Shown in pieces: positions 8,222 through 15,876 of a stretch of 32,000 nucleotides of DNA. Position numbers and translations under genes: made by a program. The notes beneath the pieces are model-generated. The model did no database searches and was not told the DNA's origin. It saw only the letters and a program-made list of their open reading frames with translations. The stretch spans positions 2,910,001-2,942,000 of the forward strand of contig NZ_CP015137.1 of the NCBI RefSeq assembly GCF_001644705.1, written 5' to 3'. The stretch's first letter is position 1. Every line of letters begins with the position of its first letter. The stretch comes from Dickeya solani IPO 2222 (lineage in GTDB: Bacteria > Pseudomonadota > Gammaproteobacteria > Enterobacterales > Enterobacteriaceae).

Positions 8222-9544
8222 TCACTTCACCGGGGCCAGCGCCGTCTGGTCCACGTAGGGCTTCATAATGGTGTCCGCTTCCTGCTGGGCGGCTTTGGCC
8301 GCCGCTTCCGGCGTGACCTTCTCGTCATTCACCACTGCTGCCAGCTGGTTTTCCATCGCTTTACGCACCGCGACGGTTTCATAGGTGGAGTACCACGGAT
8401 GGGCGTACTTCAGCTGTTCCAGCGCGGTAGCGGCGCGCGGGTCTTTATCCAGATAGGCTTTCATTTCCGGCGTATCGTATGAGGCTTTACGCGGCGAGAA
8501 ATAGCCGGTGAAGCGGCTCCAGGCGCCGTTGACCTGCGGGCTGACCAAATAGCTCAGGAATTGGTAGGCGGCCTTTTTCTGATCGTCGGAAATGCCTTTG
8601 AAGCTCACCAGGCTGGCGCCGCCGATCGGCACCGCGCGCTGCTCTTTGGCGGGCAGCATCGCCACGCCCAGCTCAAAGTCTTTGGTGTTTTCACGCATAA
8701 AACCCAGCGCGCCGGTGCTCAGCATCGCCATGCCGAGTTTGCCGGAGAAGAAGGCGGCGCTGATCTGCTTGGAATCCAGTACGCCGGACGGCATCACTTT
8801 GTCTTTGTAGACCAGGTTTTGCCAGAAACGCAGCGCGCCGATGGTGGTCGGGGTGTTGTAATAGACTTCGCCCGGGTAGTCCTCGTTGAAATAATTGCCG
8901 CCGTTAGCGCGTACCAGCGAAGAGAAAATCCAGCCGCCGTAGTCATCGTTGGTGGACGGCAGCATGATGCCCCACTGGCCTTTACTCTGGTCGGTCAGCT
9001 TTTTGGCGTCTTCCAGCAGCGCCTGCCAGGTTTGCGGCGCCTGTGTGATGCCGGCTTTGTCGAACATGGTCTTGTTGTAATAGAGAATCGGCGTCGAGTT
9101 GTGGAACGGAATGGCGTAGGTCACGCCCATCACCTGTGCGTTCTTGTGCATGGCCGGCCAGAATTCATTGGTCAAAAACGTACCGGCTTTTTCGTTGCCG
9201 AATTTGAACAGTTCGTCCATCGGCAGGATTTCGTTTTTCAGCGCCAGATCGGTGGTGAAGTTGGCGGACATGATCACCAGCGCGGGCGGCTGGCCGGCTT
9301 TCTGCGCCGCTTCCGCTTTCATTTTGGTGGTGTCGTAGTTACCGGTGAAAATCCCCCGCACTTCCACATCCTGCTGGGAACTGTTGAATTCTTTGATGAT
9401 GCGGGTCATTTCCATCGTCAGTTTGCCGTCCACCGGGGCTGGAAACATGAAATCGATGTTCTGTTTGGCCAGCGCCGAACCGGTGAAGGCCAGCGTGATG
9501 CCGAGGGTGAGCGCCTGTAACCGCTGTTTCAGGGGCTTATGCAT
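8222..9544 (-). CDS. ABC transporter periplasmic substrate-binding protein (family 1, UgpB-like)
   Basis: The ORF is open to 9682. I call Met-47 (ATG at 9544), which is preceded by AGGAGA and gives the signal peptide MHKPLKQRLQALTLGITLAFTGSALA. It overlaps the upstream ATPase gene by 8 nt. Confidence 0.85.
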   Translation of the reverse strand: MHKPLKQRLQALTLGITLAFTGSALAKQNIDFMFPAPVDGKLTMEMTRIIKEFNSSQQDVEVRGIFTGNYDTTKMKAEAAQKAGQPPALVIMSANFTTDLALKNEILPMDELFKFGNEKAGTFLTNEFWPAMHKNAQVMGVTYAIPFHNSTPILYYNKTMFDKAGITQAPQTWQALLEDAKKLTDQSKGQWGIMLPSTNDDYGGWIFSSLVRANGGNYFNEDYPGEVYYNTPTTIGALRFWQNLVYKDKVMPSGVLDSKQISAAFFSGKLGMAMLSTGALGFMRENTKDFELGVAMLPAKEQRAVPIGGASLVSFKGISDDQKKAAYQFLSYLVSPQVNGAWSRFTGYFSPRKASYDTPEMKAYLDKDPRAATALEQLKYAHPWYSTYETVAVRKAMENQLAAVVNDEKVTPEAAAKAAQQEADTIMKPYVDQTALAPVK

Positions 9545-10622
9545 GGGGTGTCTCCTGGTATACGTTCTGCTGTGTATCAGCATGAAAAAGATGAACATCA
9601 AAAGGTGAAAAGCCGAGGTTGACGGTATCGCCGACCATCGGAGCGTCGCCGCGGTTTTTGCGGCTGTAACGTAGTTCGCCAATCGGCGTGCTGATGTGCA
9701 GCAGATAATCCGCGCCCATCAATTCTCGTTGCGTTACGGTGCCGGACAGCCGCAGCGAGTGCTGTTCGGTTTCCGGGGTATCGGTCAGGTGCTCCGGGCG
9801 GATACCGAAAAACACCTGCCGGAGCTGGTTGGCGTGCGGCGGCAGAGGCAGCGCTTGCTCGTTGACCTGTACCGCGCCGCCTGCGCAAGGCAGCGCGATG
9901 ATGTTCATGGCGGGCGAACCGATGAAACTCGCCACGAACCGGTTGGTCGGGAAGGCATACAACTGCTCCGGCGTGCCGACCTGTTGGACTTCGCCGTGGT
10001 TCATCACCACGATGCGATCCGCCATCGACATGGCTTCGGTCTGGTCGTGGGTGACGTAAACGGTGCTGGTTTTCAACTGCCGGTGCAGCACCATGATGCC
10101 GTCGCGCACTTCGGTACGCAGCCGGGCGTCCAGATTGGACAGCGGTTCATCCATCAGAAACAGTTTGGGGTTGCGTACGATGGCGCGCGCCATCGCCACC
10201 CGCTGACGCTGTCCACCGGACAGCTTGCCCGGTTTGCGATCCAGCAGTTCGTCCAGTTGCAGCAATTGCGCCACTTTCTCCAGACGGGGTTGCCAGCTCG
10301 CTTTCGGTTCATGGCGAATCTGCATGCCGAAGGTGATGTTTTCTTTCACCGTCAGGTGCGGAAACAGCGCATAGTTCTGAAAGATCATCGCGAAGTTGCG
10401 CTCGCGCGGCGACTGGGCGGTGATGTCGTCGCCATCCAGCCAAATCTCGCCGTCGCTTACCGTTTCCAGTCCGGCCAGCAGGCGCAGCAGGGTGCTTTTG
10501 CCGCAGCCGGACGGCCCGACCAGCACCAAAAATTCGCCGTCGGCGATCTCCAGCGACAGCGAGCGCAGCGCCGGTTTGTCGTCAAAACGCTTGCTGACGT
10601 TATGCAGTCGTAACATGGCCAT
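9537..10622 (-). CDS. ABC transporter ATP-binding protein (UgpC/MalK-like)
   Basis: 361-aa ORF with Walker A GPSGCGKST, signature LSGGQRQR, Walker B LFLMDEPLS, and a C-terminal regulatory/TOBE-like extension. TAATG stop/start overlap with gpdQ. Confidence 0.9.
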   Translation of the reverse strand: MAMLRLHNVSKRFDDKPALRSLSLEIADGEFLVLVGPSGCGKSTLLRLLAGLETVSDGEIWLDGDDITAQSPRERNFAMIFQNYALFPHLTVKENITFGMQIRHEPKASWQPRLEKVAQLLQLDELLDRKPGKLSGGQRQRVAMARAIVRNPKLFLMDEPLSNLDARLRTEVRDGIMVLHRQLKTSTVYVTHDQTEAMSMADRIVVMNHGEVQQVGTPEQLYAFPTNRFVASFIGSPAMNIIALPCAGGAVQVNEQALPLPPHANQLRQVFFGIRPEHLTDTPETEQHSLRLSGTVTQRELMGADYLLHISTPIGELRYSRKNRGDAPMVGDTVNLGFSPFDVHLFHADTQQNVYQETPHA

Positions 10623-11443
10623 TAACGCTCATCCACCGGGCAACTGATATTTTCGTTGTACAGCCACGGGCCGGCGTAATGCGACAGCGGGTGCAGGTAA
10701 CTGACCCACTGCTGGTCCACCAGACGGTGCATCAGGCAGGCGGGCGGCGACATGTCGTAGTAAGGACGGGTGTCTTCGTGGTAGTAGGGCACCTGATGGA
10801 CGGTACCCGGCACGGTGGCGATGACTGCCTGACGGTACTGCGTCATGATCAGGCAGTGGTTGTGCCCGCAGAAAATACGTACCAGCGATGGGAAACGCTC
10901 CACCAGCTCCAGCAGGCGGTGCCCGTTCTCGCAGGCGATGCGGTCCATCTGGGCGGAGCCGAGCGCGAGCGGCGGATGGTGCATGAACACAGCGGTAGGT
11001 TTGTCATCACGCATCAGTTGCGCTTCCAGCCAGGCCAGCGTCTCTTCCGTCAGCCAGCCTTTGGAGGTGCCGGCGCGGCTGGAGTCGATGAACAGCAACC
11101 GTGTGGCGAAATCGTCAATCGCGTAGCGCATATTCTGCGGGTCGTTGCCCAGTTGCGGGCACAGCGGCTGCAGGTATTCCAGAAAGTGGGTTTTGTCGTC
11201 GTGGTTGCCGGGGATGATGTACAGCGGGTAGGCCAGATTACCCAGAATCTGGCGAGCCACCTGGTATTCCGCCGGGCGACCGCAGTTGACGATATCGCCG
11301 CTTATCACCACCGCATCCGGGCGTTCGGTCAGGGCGTTAAGCTGCGACACCACGTCGGCGTTGCCGGCGTTAATGTCGATGAAGTCGTACAGTTTTTGCC
11401 CTGGACTGCGAAAATGGGTGTCGGAAATTTGCGCTAATAGCAT
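10622..11443 (-). CDS. gpdQ: Metallophosphoesterase-type glycerophosphodiester phosphodiesterase GpdQ
   Basis: 273-aa [34 protein letters not shown] and GHNH motifs are present, and it is nearly collinear with Enterobacter aerogenes GpdQ as I recall it. AAGGGG SD. Confidence 0.85.
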   Translation of the reverse strand: MLLAQISDTHFRSPGQKLYDFIDINAGNADVVSQLNALTERPDAVVISGDIVNCGRPAEYQVARQILGNLAYPLYIIPGNHDDKTHFLEYLQPLCPQLGNDPQNMRYAIDDFATRLLFIDSSRAGTSKGWLTEETLAWLEAQLMRDDKPTAVFMHHPPLALGSAQMDRIACENGHRLLELVERFPSLVRIFCGHNHCLIMTQYRQAVIATVPGTVHQVPYYHEDTRPYYDMSPPACLMHRLVDQQWVSYLHPLSHYAGPWLYNENISCPVDER

Positions 11444-11453
11444 GAAAAACCCC

Positions 11454-12341
11454 TTATTTTATCCCTGAGAAACCAAAGCTTCTCAGGAACTGTTTTTGGA
11501 AAACGATAAACGCCAGCATCAGCGGCAGGCACACCATCAGCGTTCCGGCGCTGATCATTCCCCACTGGCCGCCGGATTCGGCGCCCATGGCGAATGACAC
11601 CAGCCCGACGGTCAGCACCTGTTTGTCCGGGTCGTTGAGCATCATCAGCGGCCACAGATACTCGTTCCAGTGATAGGTAATGCTGACGGTGGCGAACGCC
11701 AGAATGGAGGGCCAGGACATCGGCAGCAGCACGCGGAATAACACCTGCCACCAGCGGCAGCCTTCCATCAGCGCGGCTTCTTCAATCTCTTTGGGAATGG
11801 CCAGGAACGCCTGACGCATCAGAAATACGCCAAACGCCGAGGTGAAATAGGGCATCATCACGCCGGTCAGGGTATTGAGCAGGCCGAATGCCTTCAGCGT
11901 CATCATGTTGGGCACCATCATTACCACCGGCATGATCATCAACTGCACCAGAAACAGCAGGAATAGCGTCTGCTTGCCGCGAAATTCGTGGCAGGCGAAG
12001 ACGTAACCGGCGGTGGTGATGGTCAGCAACTGGACGAAAAAGGTGCCGAAGGTAAAGAAAATGGTGTTGGCGTACAGGCTTATCCAGTCGGCGCTTTGCC
12101 AGGCGTCGCGGAAGTTATCCAGCGTCAGCGGCCAGCGCGGCAACAGCGATGCCATTCCCGTGCCGAAGGTGGTGGAGCTGAACGCCGACGAGAGCATCCA
12201 GATAAACGGGCTTATCCACAGCAGCGCGGCGCAGATCATCAGCAGGCTCAGGGTCGCACTGCGCGACTGGCGCCAGCGCAGCCATACCGGCAAAGGCGCG
12301 CGGGCGGAGCAGGCAACGGCGGGGGAGATTTCAACGCTCAT
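11454..12341 (-). CDS. ABC transporter permease (UgpE-like, MalG family)
   Basis: The track ORF starts at a TTG at 12359. I prefer the ATG at 12341 (MSVEISPAV...), which has AAAGGGG 6 nt upstream. It is multi-TM, and the EAA loop is [21 protein letters not shown]. Confidence 0.85.
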   Translation of the reverse strand: MSVEISPAVACSARAPLPVWLRWRQSRSATLSLLMICAALLWISPFIWMLSSAFSSTTFGTGMASLLPRWPLTLDNFRDAWQSADWISLYANTIFFTFGTFFVQLLTITTAGYVFACHEFRGKQTLFLLFLVQLMIMPVVMMVPNMMTLKAFGLLNTLTGVMMPYFTSAFGVFLMRQAFLAIPKEIEEAALMEGCRWWQVLFRVLLPMSWPSILAFATVSITYHWNEYLWPLMMLNDPDKQVLTVGLVSFAMGAESGGQWGMISAGTLMVCLPLMLAFIVFQKQFLRSFGFSGIK

Positions 12342-13203
12342 AATGCGCCCCTTTCTCAAGCACTTTCAGGTTAATCAGTGAGAAAACGAACAGTCCTGCC
12401 AGCGTCAGGAAGGTGGCGGCCGAGGCTTTGCCGAGATCGTGGGTGTCCCAGGCCAGGTTCTGGATGTAATACAGCAACACCGTGGTGGCGTTGTCCGGCC
12501 CGCCGTGGGTCATCACCGCCACGTGGTCGATTTGGGTGATGGAGTAAATCAGCGCGGTAGTAATGACAAAGCTCAGCGTCGGGCGCAGCAGCGGTAGCGT
12601 GACCCGGAAAAACACCTGCGTCGGCGAGGCGCCTTCCATAATCGCGGCTTCACGGGTGGACGGCGGGATGCTCTGCAGACCGGCCAGAAAGAACAGCATG
12701 TAGTAACCGGCGAATTTCCATACGCCAATCAGCGCCAGGGCGAGCAGGGCACTGTTGCTGCGGCCCAGATAGTTGTTGTTCATCGGGCCGAACAGTTTGG
12801 CCAGATAGTAATCCAGCAGGCCGATGCCGGGCATAAAGATAAACAGCCACAGCGCGGCGGCGCTGACCATGGGGATGATCATCGGGAAAAAAAAGGCGGT
12901 ACGTAGCCAGCGGTTGACCGTGTGGTTTTCCCACAGTGCCACCGCCAGCAGCAACGCCAGCACCACGCCGGGGATCACCGTCAACAGGATATAGACCAGG
13001 TTGTTGAACAGCGCGCGCCAGAATACGGCGTCATTCAGCAGGCGAACAACATTTCCCAAGCCGACAAACGGCGCGTCAGCGCCCGCCATACGGGTATCGA
13101 ACAGGCTGTCATAAACGGAGCGCAACAGTGGAAAGTAGGTGAACAACAGCAGAAACAATAAAGAAGGCGACAGAATCACCCAGGGGAGCCAGTTTTTTCG
13201 CAT
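12331..13203 (-). CDS. ABC transporter permease (UgpA-like, MalF family)
   Basis: The ORF is open to 13398. I call Met-66 (ATG at 13203, MRKNWLPWVILSPSLLFLLLF...) as the typical N-terminus. The EAA loop is REAAIMEGASPTQVFFRVTLP. There is no clear SD, and the start lies inside a duplicated 15-mer. Confidence 0.8.
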   Translation of the reverse strand: MRKNWLPWVILSPSLLFLLLFTYFPLLRSVYDSLFDTRMAGADAPFVGLGNVVRLLNDAVFWRALFNNLVYILLTVIPGVVLALLLAVALWENHTVNRWLRTAFFFPMIIPMVSAAALWLFIFMPGIGLLDYYLAKLFGPMNNNYLGRSNSALLALALIGVWKFAGYYMLFFLAGLQSIPPSTREAAIMEGASPTQVFFRVTLPLLRPTLSFVITTALIYSITQIDHVAVMTHGGPDNATTVLLYYIQNLAWDTHDLGKASAATFLTLAGLFVFSLINLKVLEKGAHYER

Positions 13204-13302
13204 GGTGATAGTTTTCGCATGGTGATGGTTAATGCCAGTCAACGGGTTTCGTAAAACGGAAGGCATATGCTGCGCAGGGAATACTGCAAGGGCATGGCAG
13301 GC

Positions 13303-13322
13303 TGGTGACGATTTGGTGACGA
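13303..13322 (-). promoter_or_regulatory. Direct repeat TCGTCACCA x2 with 11-bp phasing, a candidate OmpR/PhoB-family response-regulator site upstream of the gpdQ operon
   Basis: The minus strand reads TCGTCACCAAATCGTCACCA. The GTCA cores are spaced one helical turn apart, as in Pho boxes (CTGTCAT-N4-CTGTCAT). The distance to the best -10-like hexamer (AGTATT) is about 19 nt, longer than in classical Pho promoters. Confidence 0.25.
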
Positions 13323-13434
13323 AGGTTTCCATAAAATAAAACTGTTGCTGATGGCTTGTGCTACGGCGGGAAAAAGCGTTTGATGAACCATTAAACACTT
13401 TTATGGTTATTTACCGATTTATCCAGGAGGTTCT

Positions 13435-13863
13435 ATGTCCGTTTCTGCACGCAATCAACTTAATGGAACAGTGGCCCGTGTGGCGGAAGGCGCGGTCAAC
13501 AGTGAAGTGGTGCTAACGCTGGAAAGCGGCGAACAGCTGACTACCGTGATTACCCGCAGCAGCGTGACGACGCTCGGTCTGGCGCCCGGCAAAGCGGCGC
13601 TGGCGCTGATCAAGGCGCCGTGGGTGATTCTGGCCTCGGCCGATTGCGGCCTGAACTTCTCCGCCCGTAATCAGTTCAGCGGTGTGGTTGATGACGTGGT
13701 CAAAGGCGCGGTGCACGCCACGGTGCATATCACCACCGCCAAAGGCCTGAAACTCACCGCCAGCGTCACCAACGAAAGCGTGGAAGAGATGGGATTGCAG
13801 GCCGGATCGACGGTGATTGCCCTGATCAAGGCCTCCAGCGTCATTCTGGCGACCCGCGCCTGA
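13435..13863 (+). CDS. Di-Mop / tandem TOBE-domain molybdate-binding protein (ModG/MopI-like)
   Basis: 142-aa ORF made of two roughly 70-aa repeats, each starting SARNQ(L/F)xGxV and ending LIKA(P/S)xVILA. Strong SD (CAGGAGG). Confidence 0.85.
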   Translation: MSVSARNQLNGTVARVAEGAVNSEVVLTLESGEQLTTVITRSSVTTLGLAPGKAALALIKAPWVILASADCGLNFSARNQFSGVVDDVVKGAVHATVHITTAKGLKLTASVTNESVEEMGLQAGSTVIALIKASSVILATRA

Positions 13864-14118
13864 TGGCGCGCGGCAGCGACATCGCCGCCGCACATAATCT
13901 TTACACTCGAATTCCTCCTTTCTTCAGTGGATTTCGGGTAATCTGAGTCGCTTTTTAGCGGCAGCGGTGCGCGGCATTCGCCGGACGGTACTTTGCCGCA
14001 CGTTTCTCCGCTTTTTCACATTGACTGTGTGTTTCTCCGGGCTGTCTGGATAACGACAATGTCGTACATGGTTAGTTTGTTAAAACTGGCCGGTATGGCA
14101 ATCAAGAAGATATTCATA

Positions 14119-15039
14119 ATGACTCAACAAACCTTTACCAGGGAATTGTTCCACCCTCGCTACTGGCTGCTATGGTTCGGCCTTGCCATTCTGTTTCTGC
14201 TGGTGCAATTGCCTTATCCGCTGCTGATGCGGTTGGGCAGTCGACTGGGGCGTAGTTCCCGCCATTTTCTTAAACGTCGGGTGAGCATTGCCCGCCGTAA
14301 TCTGGAGCTCTGCTTCCCTGATATGCCGGCATCACAACGCGAAGTGATGCTGGAGGCGAATTTCGCCTCGCTGGGGATGGCGCTGATGGAAACCGGCATG
14401 GCCTGGTTTTGGTCGGATAAGCGGGTCAGAGCGTGGTTCGAGGTATCCGGCCTCGAAAACCTTCAGCAGGCCGGGCGCGAGCAGCGCGGCGTGATGGTGA
14501 TTGGCATTCATTTTATGTCGCTGGAACTGGGCGGCCGCGCGATGGGTTTGTGCCAGCCGATGATGGCGGTGTACCGGCGGCATAACAATAAGCTGATGGA
14601 ACTGGTACAGACGTGGGGGCGCTCCCGCTCTAACAAGGCGATGATTGACCGCAAGGATCTGCGCGGTATGGTGCAGGCGCTGAAGAGCGGCGAAGCGGTA
14701 TGGTTCGCTCCCGATCAGGATTACGGCCCGAAAGGCAGCGTGTTCGCGCCTTTCTTTGCGGTAGAGCAGGCGGCGACGACCTGCGGCACGTCCACCATCC
14801 ATCGTCTGGCCAAACCGGCGATGATCACCACGGTGCTGATTCGCAAACCGAACCAGCAAGGGTATCAACTGGTGATTGGACCGGAACTGGAAGACTACCC
14901 GAGCCAGGATCAGCAGCTGGCGGCGCAGTACATGAACCGGGTGATTGAGCAGGAGATCCTGCGTGCGCCGGAACAGTATTTATGGCTGCACCGCCGCTTT
15001 AAGACCCGCCCGCACGGCGAGGCGTCACTGTACCGCTAA
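14119..15039 (+). CDS. lpxP: LpxL/LpxP-family Kdo2-lipid IVA lauroyl/palmitoleoyl acyltransferase
   Basis: The ORF is open from 13993. I call the ATG at 14119, giving 306 aa (MTQQTFTRELFHPRYWLLWFG...), the same length as E. coli LpxL and LpxP. It has the HX4D-type motif region IGIHFMSLELGG. Blocks such as GLCQPMMAVYRRHNN, GEAVWFAPDQDYG and RAPEQYLWLHRRFKTRP look closer to my recollection of LpxP than of LpxL. The symbol is tentative. Confidence 0.85.
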   Translation: MTQQTFTRELFHPRYWLLWFGLAILFLLVQLPYPLLMRLGSRLGRSSRHFLKRRVSIARRNLELCFPDMPASQREVMLEANFASLGMALMETGMAWFWSDKRVRAWFEVSGLENLQQAGREQRGVMVIGIHFMSLELGGRAMGLCQPMMAVYRRHNNKLMELVQTWGRSRSNKAMIDRKDLRGMVQALKSGEAVWFAPDQDYGPKGSVFAPFFAVEQAATTCGTSTIHRLAKPAMITTVLIRKPNQQGYQLVIGPELEDYPSQDQQLAAQYMNRVIEQEILRAPEQYLWLHRRFKTRPHGEASLYR

Positions 15040-15048
15040 GGTCGGGGC

Positions 15049-15078
15049 AAAAAAAAGTGGCTGCCCGAAGGCAGCCAC
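15049..15078 (-). terminator. Intrinsic terminator of the micro-ORF transcription unit (also a plain hairpin after lpxL/P)
   Basis: GTGGCTGCC-CGAA-GGCAGCCAC at 15057-15078. On the minus strand it is followed by eight U (A-run 15049-15056). Confidence 0.65.
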
Positions 15079-15104
15079 AATAAAAAGGAGAGAATGACTG
15101 ATGA

Positions 15105-15191
15105 TTAACGAAACAGCGCGTAGGGATTAACACCGCGGTAGGTTTTGCCCAGCGCTTTTAAGATTTGAGTGATTTGACGGACAATACTCAT
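15105..15191 (-). CDS. AzuC-like 28-aa small protein (micro-ORF 2)
   Basis: My hand translation gives MSIVRQITQILKALGKTYRGVNPYALFR*. A GGGGGA SD lies 6 nt upstream. It has the same length as E. coli AzuC and a similar C-terminus (recalled as MKLRKILKSMFNNYCKTFKDVPPGNMFR). It is not in the ORF track because it is under 60 aa. Confidence 0.5.
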   Translation of the reverse strand: MSIVRQITQILKALGKTYRGVNPYALFR

Positions 15192-15218
15192 GATGTTTCC
15201 CCCATACGCATAAAAGAA

Positions 15219-15290
15219 TTACTGGTTGAAAGTACCGAAGTTGATGGTGAAGTTTTCAAACATGGCGATAATTTTGTGCAGCAGTTTCAT
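15219..15290 (-). CDS. AzuC-related 23-aa small protein (micro-ORF 1)
   Basis: My hand translation gives MKLLHKIIAMFENFTINFGTFNQ*. A GAGGA SD lies 8 nt upstream. The N-terminal pattern MKLxKIxxxMFxNxxxxF parallels the AzuC N-terminus. It lies 27 nt upstream of micro-ORF 2 on the same strand. Confidence 0.4.
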   Translation of the reverse strand: MKLLHKIIAMFENFTINFGTFNQ

Positions 15291-15343
15291 TGTCGTATTC
15301 CTCTGTGTGATTCATTATTTATGTGATGTAGCTCACGGTTTTA

Positions 15344-15372
15344 AAGATACACCCTGCTCAGGGAGTGGTCAA
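15344..15372 (-). promoter_or_regulatory. Sigma70 promoter candidate for the micro-ORF unit
   Basis: The minus strand reads TTGACC (15372-15367), a 17-nt spacer, then TATCTT (15349-15344). The predicted TSS is about 45 nt upstream of the micro-ORF 1 ATG. Confidence 0.45.
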
Positions 15373-15378
15373 CTTTTT

Positions 15379-15394
15379 TGTGATGAAGATCACA
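15379..15394. promoter_or_regulatory. CRP-binding site (perfect TGTGA-N6-TCACA core)
   Basis: TTTTTGTGATGAAGATCACAAAAA, with both half-sites matching consensus and flanking A/T symmetry. It ends 6 bp upstream of the -35 hexamer, so its centre is near -49.5 relative to the predicted TSS. Confidence 0.55.
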
Positions 15395-15764
15395 AAAAGA
15401 TGAACGTGTAGTCTGCTCTTCCTGAACCGCGGTTTTATTTTCTTTCATACTCAAGATGTTGCCATTCGAACGGTGGCGATGACTGTCTGGCCTGACGATC
15501 GCGGCAACGGCATGCGCGTTTGGTTTGCGCCATTTTCAGCGCGACCACGGCGTGAATGCAGGGAATAGCAGTTGAAATGGATGTCCCGAAGGCAGGATAA
15601 TCTGCCGCCTCAATAGCAACTGGCAGGATTCAGCCGCTTTGTAACGCAGCGGTTAATCGTTTGCGTGTCAGGCTGGCGTGGGAAAACGGTAGGCTATCCG
15701 GCGTCTGGCAAGGGGCGTCAAATCACACCGTTTTCACCGAATACTGGCCAGGTGCCGGTCACGG

Positions 15765-15860
15765 CGCTTGATACTATGTGTTTGATAAACAATATGTTTG
15801 ATAACCACGACGCTTGATAACCATGACGTTTGATAACCAGAACGTTTAATAACAACGACA
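15765..15860. repeat. Imperfect tandem array, five to six units with a 16-bp period (core TTGATAAC), ending 17-25 nt before the ghxP ATG
   Basis: TTGATA/TTAATA cores start at 15768, 15782, 15798, 15814, 15830 and 15846, giving spacings of 14, 16, 16, 16 and 16. Example units are ATGTTTGATAACCACG, ACGCTTGATAACCATG, ACGTTTGATAACCAGA and ACGTTTAATAACAACG. Confidence 0.8.
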
Positions 15861-15876
15861 TTTCAGGGGATATACC

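Noticed and set aside
13204-13434. Moco riboswitch upstream of the di-Mop gene
   Set aside because: There is no GC-rich multi-stem structure and none of the conserved Moco-motif sequence blocks. The region looks like a plain divergent promoter.
15226-15411. 61-aa plus-strand ORF (MKVPKLMVKFSNMAIILCSS...)
   Set aside because: It lies antisense to micro-ORF 1 and runs across the minus-strand promoter and the CRP site. It has no SD. The minus-strand unit, with its promoter, SDs and terminator, explains the region better.
15765-15860. Possibility that the tandem arrays at 15765-15860 and 29647-29718 are CRISPR arrays
   Set aside because: The units are contiguous 16-mers with no unique spacers, far shorter than CRISPR repeats, and there are no cas genes in the window.
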